The notes under the pieces are model-generated. The model did no database searches, was not told the DNA's origin, and worked only from the letters and a program-made list of their open reading frames with translations. DNA of 30,694 nucleotides from positions 1 through 30,694 of the IMG/VR virus record IMGVR_UViG_3300034283_002405. One strand, 5' to 3'. Source of the DNA: a virus (taxonomy: Duplodnaviria > Caudoviricetes). Positions 8,745 to 15,427 of the stretch are shown in pieces. The stretch's first letter is position 1; each line of letters begins with the position of its first letter. A program made the translations under genes and the position numbers.

Positions 8745-9003
8745 CAAGTCAATAAAATGTTTTGAGGAGGTTAAGACACTAAGGCTTTTGACGGCTGCCA
8801 AAGACACGCAGCTAACTGCTGCAAGCAATATAATTGCTGACTACAAAATGCTTGCAGACACGCTGGTAAAAGACATGAAAACAAAGGACCAGGCGTTGCA
8901 GCAACAAGCCAAGCAATTGAAACGACAAAAGGCTTTTTTGACAATTGCAAAATACGCCATTGCAATTGAGACTTTGTACATAATTTCAAATAAAATTTTT
9001 TAA
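8605..9003 (+). CDS. Putative second spanin-like component (signal peptide, coiled coil, C-terminal hydrophobic helix)
   Basis: KKKLSLGLNLLLLTALVLTVHTSFG/Q signal-like segment; overlaps the upstream gene by ~140 nt; exact start uncertain. Confidence 0.5.
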   Translation: MSNRILLFSKKKLSLGLNLLLLTALVLTVHTSFGQQKPMPMSQANINKSIKCFEEVKTLRLLTAAKDTQLTAASNIIADYKMLADTLVKDMKTKDQALQQQAKQLKRQKAFLTIAKYAIAIETLYIISNKIF

Positions 9004-9019
9004 TTGGGTATTATTGTTT

Positions 9020-9027
9020 TACCTTTG
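9020..9027 (+). promoter_or_regulatory. Bacteroidota -7 promoter box
   Basis: TACCTTTG 8 nt before ATG 9036. Confidence 0.65.
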
Positions 9028-9035
9028 TGCGCATT

Positions 9036-9188
9036 ATGGCAAAGAAAATACTAAACACAAAAGCGACACCTGAGCTCATTGAGGCAATACGTGTAGTCAC
9101 CTTCAACGAAAAGTATGCGTCCAAGAGCGCATTGATTACTCACATTTTAGAGAATCACCCACTAATTGCAAAAGAATTGAAAAAATAA
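9036..9188 (+). CDS. 50-aa putative ribbon-helix-helix regulator (absent from ORF track)
   Basis: MAKKILNTKATPELIEAIRVVTFNEKYASKSALITHILENHPLIAKELKK*; strand-helix-turn-(SKSALI) helix pattern; has its own promoter. Confidence 0.6.
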   Translation: MAKKILNTKATPELIEAIRVVTFNEKYASKSALITHILENHPLIAKELKK

Positions 9189-9234
9189 TTGCTTTGATTT
9201 TCAATCACTTGCATATTTTTTTATGCGCATAATG

Positions 9235-9273
9235 GTAAAACTGTTTTACTTATTAAAAATAAAATTACATTTG
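9235..9273 (+). promoter_or_regulatory. Early promoter with palindromic operator
   Basis: GTAAAA-ctg-TTTTAC (9235-9249) plus TACATTTG (9266-9273). Confidence 0.7.
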
Positions 9274-9295
9274 TACTCAGATAAACGAAACAAAT

Positions 9296-9541
9296 ATGAC
9301 AACTACTAACTTAATCACTAAACTAAACAAAATGAATATCAATCACTCAATAATTGATATTAATGGATTTAATCAAGATATTAAATTTATTATTAATGGA
9401 ATGGTATTCAAAGCAGGTTTTACTACTCAATCTAATGTTATTCAAGATTTTTGCAGAGAAATATGTTTTGATAACTTAAACCAAGAAATGCAAAGAAGAT
9501 TTTTTGATAATTTCAACAATGTTTTAAAATACGCAAAATAA
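9296..9541 (+). CDS. Hypothetical early protein, very AT-rich
   Basis: 81-aa ORF immediately after the promoter. Confidence 0.7.
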   Translation: MTTTNLITKLNKMNINHSIIDINGFNQDIKFIINGMVFKAGFTTQSNVIQDFCREICFDNLNQEMQRRFFDNFNNVLKYAK

Positions 9542-9620
9542 TAATCAAAAGGGGAGCATGTTGTAATTTCAAAAACTGCTTTTGATTTTTTATTGTCACT
9601 TAAAAATAAGACTATTTAAT

Positions 9621-9908
9621 ATGAGAGTTAAAATTTACACCCAGGGACCGCACAAAAGCCTCAATGATCAATGGTTGCAAGTGCAAAAAGTTGACGGAAA
9701 TCGTGTCACGATAAAAACGCAAGCTGGCTTTGACAACTTGCCAATTGACTTTAAATTGTCCGAAGTCATGGAAATGGAGTATGAAGCTGACAACAAAATG
9801 CTTGGCTTGCTTGAGGCCATTAGAGACTATGGAAATGCTTTCTCTGAAATGCCTCCAAAAATGCAACAAATTATTGAAGTAACAATTAACGGCTTAAAAC
9901 AGAACTAA
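9621..9908 (+). CDS. Hypothetical protein
   Basis: ATG 9621 (MRVKIY...); 1 nt from the next start. Confidence 0.65.
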   Translation: MRVKIYTQGPHKSLNDQWLQVQKVDGNRVTIKTQAGFDNLPIDFKLSEVMEMEYEADNKMLGLLEAIRDYGNAFSEMPPKMQQIIEVTINGLKQN

Positions 9909-9909
9909 C

Positions 9910-10113
9910 ATGGCTTTTAAAATTTACAAAGACGATTTTGGTGACGAGTATGGTGTTGAATACCACTTTGAAGGCGTACACATAAGGCAAACGCTTGAGC
10001 ACCCAGCAGAATATCCTGACCTTATCATTGACAGCTTTTACAAGCTAGATGACAACAAAGAAATTGACGAAATCCCTGACGCAGTTTATGAATTTATACA
10101 ATATGACGCCTAG
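9910..10113 (+). CDS. Small acidic hypothetical protein
   Basis: 67-aa D/E/Y-rich ORF, tightly packed. Confidence 0.65.
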   Translation: MAFKIYKDDFGDEYGVEYHFEGVHIRQTLEHPAEYPDLIIDSFYKLDDNKEIDEIPDAVYEFIQYDA

Positions 10114-10501
10114 CATAGTAAAAGAAATAATCAGACAAAATCCAAATGCCAAGTTAATGATCACTGACGGCATAAGTCACAAGTCTGTTGAGTCGCTTAT
10201 GGCCTTAGGAATGAAAACCTGTGAGAGCTGTGGCAATATCCTTCCACTTGAAAAGAACTTTTGCAAATGTGGTGAGGAGGTTTTTGTTATTCTTACAAAA
10301 ACATACGTGGCGCCAGCTCCGTTGGCAACACCAGCAGCACCAGCCAAATATGACAAAAACTTTTGGACACCTCAAGAGGAAATGCAGATAATGGCTGAGG
10401 CAAATAGTAAATATAGCTATGAGCTTATTGCACAAATTCACAACAGGTCCGTGAAGGCTTGCCGTGAGAAAGTAAAAAGATTAAGAAAAAAAGTAATATG
10501 A
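10103..10501 (+). CDS. Zinc-ribbon plus Myb/SANT-like HTH protein (putative regulator)
   Basis: CESCG-x9-CKCG; P/A linker; WTPQEE...IAQIHNRSVKACREKVKRL. Confidence 0.7.
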   Translation: MTPSIVKEIIRQNPNAKLMITDGISHKSVESLMALGMKTCESCGNILPLEKNFCKCGEEVFVILTKTYVAPAPLATPAAPAKYDKNFWTPQEEMQIMAEANSKYSYELIAQIHNRSVKACREKVKRLRKKVI

Positions 10502-10668
10502 AAAACAAATTAGAAAATTTAATCAAACAATGGCACATTGAACAAAATGAAGCCTTAAAATTAGCTAAAAAATTAGCTTCCAAATACCAATATGGTGACG
10601 CTCAAAAAGCACAAACAAAAGCGGTTTTTATAGAAAAGTGCATGAACGATTTAATTAACCTTTTATAA
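10498..10668 (+). CDS. 56-aa hypothetical protein (absent from ORF track)
   Basis: MKNKLENLIKQW...DLINLL*; ATGA overlap upstream; fills the gap. Confidence 0.6.
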   Translation: MKNKLENLIKQWHIEQNEALKLAKKLASKYQYGDAQKAQTKAVFIEKCMNDLINLL

Positions 10669-10679
10669 AAAACAAAAAC

Positions 10680-11135
10680 ATGATCAATTGCAATATCTCA
10701 ATCGTTTTTAATGACGATACAACAAAAGAACAAAGAAACTTATTCATGGACCGTTTGGACGAGTTTGTTGAGTTTAATGGCTTCAAAATTATCCAAAAGC
10801 CAAAGCCAGCTAAAAAATGCTACATAGCTGGACAAATTACAGGCCTGCCAGAAGAGATCTACAAAGCCAATTTTGAGAAAGCAAAAGCAGAAGTGCTGGC
10901 ATTAGGCTTTGAGCCTGTCAGTCCTGTTGACTTGCCTCACAATCACAATAAAACTTGGACTGACTACTTACGTGAGGACCTAACAGCATTGATGAAATGC
11001 GACTGCATATATGCAATAAACGGCTGGAGCCAATCCAATGGGGCAAGACTTGAGCTAAACACAGCAGCTGAGTTGGGTTTTGATATTTATTACCAAAAAG
11101 AGGAGGAAAGTAAAAAAGTTTTACTATCTTTGTAA
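10680..11135 (+). CDS. DUF4406 / nucleoside deoxyribosyltransferase-like protein
   Basis: CYIAGQITG, NF..A, VSP, LMKCDCIY...GWSQSNGARLE...A..LG motif set. Confidence 0.85.
   Translation: MINCNISIVFNDDTTKEQRNLFMDRLDEFVEFNGFKIIQKPKPAKKCYIAGQITGLPEEIYKANFEKAKAEVLALGFEPVSPVDLPHNHNKTWTDYLREDLTALMKCDCIYAINGWSQSNGARLELNTAAELGFDIYYQKEEESKKVLLSL
11110..11132 (+). promoter_or_regulatory. Promoter with adjacent palindromic operator
   Basis: GTAAAA-aag-TTTTAC immediately followed by TATCTTTG. Confidence 0.7.
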
Positions 11136-11155
11136 AAACATTCATAAAATAAGTT

Positions 11156-11587
11156 ATGTCAGAAACCAAAAAAACAGCTCCTGACGAGTCAGTTGAGCAA
11201 ACCAAAAACAAAACCAAAAAAACACAACAGGCTGAAAACACTCAGACAATTGTCATTGACTTGTCTGAGGACACCAAGGCTCTTTTGCGTGAAGCAATCA
11301 AAGCCTTTGTGCAATTCTTTGCACCGCCAACAATAGTTGAGGAAAAAACAACACCAGCTGAGGCAAAAGAGGAAAGCAAAGAAGTAAAAGAGTTGACAAA
11401 AGCGCCAAAGCAAGCTGAAAAGGCAAGTGTCTCATTGACTCAAATCCGTGAGTTGATCCAGGCAAAAGCAGCAGACCAAAAAACAACAGCAATTGTGGCT
11501 CTTTTGAAGGAGTTTAGCGCTTCAAACGCTTCAAGCTTAGCTGAGACACACTATGTTGATTTTTATGAGCAATTAAAGGATTTATAA
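11156..11587 (+). CDS. Phage replication-module protein of the type usually upstream of DUF2800
   Basis: K/E/P-rich linker and C-terminal SLTQIRE...ALLKEF.A...S.L...Y helical domain. Confidence 0.65.
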   Translation: MSETKKTAPDESVEQTKNKTKKTQQAENTQTIVIDLSEDTKALLREAIKAFVQFFAPPTIVEEKTTPAEAKEESKEVKELTKAPKQAEKASVSLTQIRELIQAKAADQKTTAIVALLKEFSASNASSLAETHYVDFYEQLKDL

Positions 11588-11588
11588 A

Positions 11589-12761
11589 ATGAGTGGGCAC
11601 GCATTACTATCACCGAGTGGGGCAAGCCGTTGGCTTGCTTGCACTCCAAGCGCTCGTCTGGAGTCAAATTTTGAAGATAACACCTCAGCAGCAGCCGAGG
11701 AGGGCACACTTGCACATGCTTTAAGTGAGCTGTATTTGCGCAATAATTTAAAGTTGATAAATACTATTAATTTTAACAAAGAGCTCAAGAAAATCAAAAA
11801 CAATCCACTCTACAACAGTGATCTCAATGCGCATTGTTTGGACTATGTATCTTTTGTCCTGGACAAAATTGGCGAATATAAGGAGCCGACAATAAAAATT
11901 GAAGAGAAGATTAGTTTGGAGGACTACGTGCCAGAAGGATTTGGCACAGTTGATTTTGTGCTAATTTCAGACTACATGTTGGAAATTGTGGACTTGAAAT
12001 ATGGCAAAGGTGTGCTTGTTGAAGCGCATGAAAACAAACAAATGATGTTGTATGCGCTTGGGGCACTGCAAAAGTTTTCTTTATTGTATCACATTGACGA
12101 GGTGCGCATGACTATCTACCAGCCAAGACTTGACAATTACTCAAGTTATGGAGTTGACGCCAAATGGCTTATGCAGTGGGGGGAAGAGTTTGTGAAGCCA
12201 AGAGCAAACAAAGCTTTCCAAGGTGACGGCAATTATGAGCCAGGATCACATTGCAGATTTTGCAAAGCTAGAAATCAATGCAAGGCATTAGCTGAGCACA
12301 ATATGACGTTGGCAAAATATTCGTTTGAAGATCCAAATAAGTTAAGTGACGAGGCAATTGCTGAGATTTTAGAAAAGGCTCCTGACTTTAAAGTGTGGCT
12401 GACTAATATTACAGCCTACGCACTTGAGCAAGCCGTGAAAAATGAAAAGAAATGGCCAGGCTTTAAACTTGTAGCTGGACGCAGCAGCAGAAAGATAGTT
12501 GACGAGGCTGCTGTAGTTGACACCTTATTAAAGCAAAACTATGGACAAGACTTATTCCTTACAGCTCCAAAATTATTAAGCATAACAGCGCTGGAAAAGA
12601 ACTTTGGCAAGTCAGAGGTGTCAAAACTATTAGGCAATTTTATCACAAAGCCTGCTGGAGCTGCAACGCTTGTGCCTGTTTGGGACAAACGTGCTGAGCT
12701 GTCAAGCACAGAAGCAGCAGTTGCTGCGTTTGAAGACGTTGAAAATTTACAAAACGATTAA
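11589..12761 (+). CDS. DUF2800 Cas4-like PD-(D/E)XK nuclease
   Basis: HALLSPSGASRWLAC, EGTLAH, GTVD...IVDLKYG, QMMLYA, HCRFCKARNQC (four-Cys Fe-S pattern). Confidence 0.9.
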   Translation: MSGHALLSPSGASRWLACTPSARLESNFEDNTSAAAEEGTLAHALSELYLRNNLKLINTINFNKELKKIKNNPLYNSDLNAHCLDYVSFVLDKIGEYKEPTIKIEEKISLEDYVPEGFGTVDFVLISDYMLEIVDLKYGKGVLVEAHENKQMMLYALGALQKFSLLYHIDEVRMTIYQPRLDNYSSYGVDAKWLMQWGEEFVKPRANKAFQGDGNYEPGSHCRFCKARNQCKALAEHNMTLAKYSFEDPNKLSDEAIAEILEKAPDFKVWLTNITAYALEQAVKNEKKWPGFKLVAGRSSRKIVDEAAVVDTLLKQNYGQDLFLTAPKLLSITALEKNFGKSEVSKLLGNFITKPAGAATLVPVWDKRAELSSTEAAVAAFEDVENLQND

Positions 12762-12772
12762 AAAATAAAGAC

Positions 12773-13042
12773 ATGACAAACAAAGAAAGGCTTGAGGACT
12801 TTTTGGAAGAAAATTGGATTGATGAAGGTGACGCAGTCAAATTGCTATTTGAAATTGCAAGGCGCAAAAGTAGAGGCCACTTGAAAGCACTGTTGTGTGA
12901 GTTGCCAAATGAGCTGGCATACGAAGGCTATATTGTTTATAAAACAGAGACGCAAAAAGAAAGCACGCAGATCATTGAGGCCATTCAAAAAATTTGTCCT
13001 GGTTATCGTGAGCAAAAGGAAAAATTATTTTATGAAAATTAG
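12773..13042 (+). CDS. Hypothetical protein
   Basis: 89-aa ORF with A-rich initiation region. Confidence 0.65.
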   Translation: MTNKERLEDFLEENWIDEGDAVKLLFEIARRKSRGHLKALLCELPNELAYEGYIVYKTETQKESTQIIEAIQKICPGYREQKEKLFYEN

Positions 13043-13077
13043 GCAAGCTAATAATCAAAGCTTTGTAAATTATTTTA

Positions 13078-13116
13078 GTAAAATCGTTTTACACCTTAAA
13101 AACAATTATATCTTTG
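13078..13116 (+). promoter_or_regulatory. Promoter with palindromic operator
   Basis: GTAAAA-tcg-TTTTAC (13078-13092) plus TATCTTTG (13109-13116); same spacing as the 9235 promoter. Confidence 0.7.
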
Positions 13117-13125
13117 CTAACCGAC

Positions 13126-13758
13126 ATGAGAAATTGGACGTCACAACAAATACAAGTTATAAAAGACAAATATGCTGAAACGCAGACTGTCTATATTGCT
13201 CAGGAACTTGGCTTGGACACTGTTGTTGTTTACAGGAAAGCACATCAACTTGGCTTGAGGAAATCTCAAGCTTTCTTGAAGTCTGAGGCAAGTGGCCGTC
13301 TCAATCCTTTGTCAGTATTAGGGCAAAAAACAAGATTTAAACCTGGGCAAATCCCTCCAAACAAAGGCAAAAAGCAAAAGGACTACATGGCTCCAGAAGC
13401 AATTGAGAGGACCGCAAAAACAAGGTTTAAAAAAGGAAACGTGCCAGCTAATCATAAGGAAATTGGAACTGAAAGGCTGAGCAAAGACGGCTATTTTGAA
13501 ATAAAAACGGCCAAAGGTTATTTGCTAAAACACAGAGTTATTTGGGCTGAAAACTTTGGACCAATACCAAAAAACATGATCGTTGGTTTTAAAGACAACA
13601 ACAAAACAAATTTGGAATTAAGCAATTTGGAGCTCTTGACAAGACAACAAAACATGTTGAGAAATTCAATCCAACGCTTTCCTTCTGAAATTATTGCAAC
13701 AATTAAAATAGTATCAAAATTAAATAAAAAGTTAAAAAATCATGGGGACAAAAAATAA
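13126..13758 (+). CDS. HNH-endonuclease-family protein with N-terminal HTH and NUMOD3-like repeats
   Basis: WTSQQ...IAQELG HTH; two KTRFK.G..P.N repeats; HRVIW...GPIP...FKDNNKTN..LSNLE...N. Confidence 0.8.
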   Translation: MRNWTSQQIQVIKDKYAETQTVYIAQELGLDTVVVYRKAHQLGLRKSQAFLKSEASGRLNPLSVLGQKTRFKPGQIPPNKGKKQKDYMAPEAIERTAKTRFKKGNVPANHKEIGTERLSKDGYFEIKTAKGYLLKHRVIWAENFGPIPKNMIVGFKDNNKTNLELSNLELLTRQQNMLRNSIQRFPSEIIATIKIVSKLNKKLKNHGDKK

Positions 13759-13984
13759 AATTGAAGATCTGCGCAACATTGTTTTTGCAGCGCTTGAACG
13801 TCTTGACGATGACGCCACAATGAAAAATCCAATCACATTGGAAAAGGAAATAAAAAGAGCTGCTGCAATTGCTGACTTGGCTCAAGTTATTGTCAACTCG
13901 GCAAAAGTTGAAGTTGATTTTATAAAGGCAACAGAAAAGGACGGCACAGGTTTCATAAATGACGAGCAAAAAAAACTTGGATAA
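13742..13984 (+). CDS. Small helical phage protein coupled to the HNH gene
   Basis: KNKIEDLRN..FAALERL...EIKRA.AI..LAQVIVNSAKVE; overlapped start. Confidence 0.7.
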   Translation: MGTKNKIEDLRNIVFAALERLDDDATMKNPITLEKEIKRAAAIADLAQVIVNSAKVEVDFIKATEKDGTGFINDEQKKLG

Positions 13985-13985
13985 A

Positions 13986-14252
13986 ATGGCAACTTTTAAA
14001 CTCGATTTTTATTTTAACGGCAATTTGCAAGGATCTGAGACAATTCAAGCTTTCGATAAAAAGGAAGCAAGGGCTGAGGCGTCAGCTCGCAAAATATCTT
14101 TTAGTCTCAAGCTACGTGACGAAGAGGACAAAGTTATTGATCACAGAAAAATCTCAGTCAAGATTGTCCCTGGTGAACAGGCAAAAGAAAAGGAGACCAA
14201 ATCCAAGTCAAAGGACCGCTCAAAGCTTGAAGACAGTTTTAAATATTACTAA
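13986..14252 (+). CDS. Hypothetical protein
   Basis: ATG 13986 one nt after the upstream stop. Confidence 0.6.
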   Translation: MATFKLDFYFNGNLQGSETIQAFDKKEARAEASARKISFSLKLRDEEDKVIDHRKISVKIVPGEQAKEKETKSKSKDRSKLEDSFKYY

Positions 14253-14271
14253 CCAATCAAAAATCAAAAAT

Positions 14272-14523
14272 ATGGAATTTGAATATTCACAAGAAGTAAA
14301 AGGACAAGTCAAAGCTTTCAGATTTGAACAATGGGAGCAAATACTTATTGCCAAAGCGCTGACTCAAGAAAGGACAAAGATGTACAAACGAATTGAGCGC
14401 ATAGAAAACGATCCTAAAAACGAAGGACAAGTGACGTTTAGAGAGACTGTCAGAATACTTGACCAAGAAATTAGAGACGTCTCAGAAATCATAAACGCAA
14501 TGCAAACAATAGAAACTCTTTAA
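14272..14523 (+). CDS. Hypothetical coiled-coil protein
   Basis: ATG 14272 after an A-rich tract (MEFEYSQ...). Confidence 0.6.
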   Translation: MEFEYSQEVKGQVKAFRFEQWEQILIAKALTQERTKMYKRIERIENDPKNEGQVTFRETVRILDQEIRDVSEIINAMQTIETL

Positions 14524-14550
14524 ACAGCCATAGACGGCACAAAAATAAAT

Positions 14551-15099
14551 ATGTCAACAGAAACAACAACAATCACAATTGGCCCGGTAAGATTTTCTTA
14601 CTTACACGTTTGGGAGCCTCAGGCAATTGAGGAAGGCCAGCCTAAAAAATTCTCATGCAGCGCAATTATACCAAAGTCGGACAAGGCGCTTATCAAAAAG
14701 ATTCAAGGTGCAATTGAGCTTGCAAAATTGAATGGCAAAGACTCTAAGTTTGCAGGCAAAATCCCAGCAAATTTAAAATCCCCACTTAGAGACGGTGACG
14801 AAGATCGCAGCGAAGACGAGAACTATGCAAACAGCATGTTTGTAAGTTGTCACTCAACAACTCGTCCAGGTATCGTGAACGCTAACCGTCAGCAGATTTT
14901 AAACCAGGACGAGATCTACTCAGGTGCGTATGGTTATTTGAACGTGACTTTTTATCCTTACAATGCTGCTGGCTCAAAAGGTGTTGCTGCTGGTTTAAAT
15001 CACGTCATGAAAACCAAAGACGGTGAGCCTTTCAGCACTAAAATAAGTGTTGACGCTGCATTTGAAGATGTGGAAATTGAAACAGACGATTTGCTCTAA
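14551..15099 (+). CDS. ssDNA-binding protein, DUF2815 (T7 gp2.5-like)
   Basis: VRFSYLHVWEP, PLRDGDE, EIYSG.Y, GSKGVAAGLN, KDGEPF and acidic tail DDLL. Confidence 0.92.
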   Translation: MSTETTTITIGPVRFSYLHVWEPQAIEEGQPKKFSCSAIIPKSDKALIKKIQGAIELAKLNGKDSKFAGKIPANLKSPLRDGDEDRSEDENYANSMFVSCHSTTRPGIVNANRQQILNQDEIYSGAYGYLNVTFYPYNAAGSKGVAAGLNHVMKTKDGEPFSTKISVDAAFEDVEIETDDLL

Positions 15100-15111
15100 A
15101 TAGCAATGGTT

Positions 15112-15179
15112 GCCTGTATGGTGGAAATTGGCAAGTGTGACCTTGCCAATGCTGAGTCCGATGCTTAGCACAGGCGCAA
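15112..15179 (+). ncRNA. tRNA-like element (acceptor stem + T arm + one central hairpin, no D stem)
   Basis: GCCTGT(A)/(C)ACAGGC acceptor stem; CTGAG-TCCGATG-CTTAG T arm; ATTGGCAAG-TGTGAC-CTTGCCAAT hairpin; intergenic. Confidence 0.5.
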
Positions 15180-15193
15180 AATCTTATAAATAT

Positions 15194-15427
15194 ATGGAAA
15201 ATTTAAAAAACTTGAATGGTGGCGAAATTCGCACCAAGCTAGAAAACAAAAAGAAAGCACTTGCTGAGCTGTCATTGAGTCTAAACAAAACAAGTGACGA
15301 ATTGTTTTTGAAAAGTCTAATGGATAGCATAACACAAATGCAAAACGATATTACTTCACTTGAGCAAGACCTTGTAATCATTACAAAGCCAATCCAAAAA
15401 AGCTTAAACCAATCTTTTGACCTATAA
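15194..15427 (+). CDS. Small coiled-coil protein upstream of polA
   Basis: ATG 15194 (MENLK...); TAATG coupling to polA. Confidence 0.65.
   Translation: MENLKNLNGGEIRTKLENKKKALAELSLSLNKTSDELFLKSLMDSITQMQNDITSLEQDLVIITKPIQKSLNQSFDL

Noticed and set aside
9222-9249. dif-like XerC/D integration site (TGCGCATAA resembles the E. coli XerC arm)
   Set aside because: The XerD arm TTATGTTAAAT is poorly matched (AACTGTTTTAC); better explained as two adjacent operators, though not fully excluded
11589-12761. CRISPR-Cas system suggested by the Cas4-like nuclease
   Set aside because: No repeat-spacer array or other cas genes seen; DUF2800 is a standard member of this replication module
14527-14538. GCC-atagac-GGC mini hairpin before the SSB gene
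   Set aside because: A 3-bp stem in a single copy is too weak to support a call
15112-15179. Canonical tRNA-Leu or tRNA-His gene
   Set aside because: No D stem, 6-nt central loop, TCCGA instead of TTCGA, and only 65 nt; kept as a tRNA-like ncRNA instead
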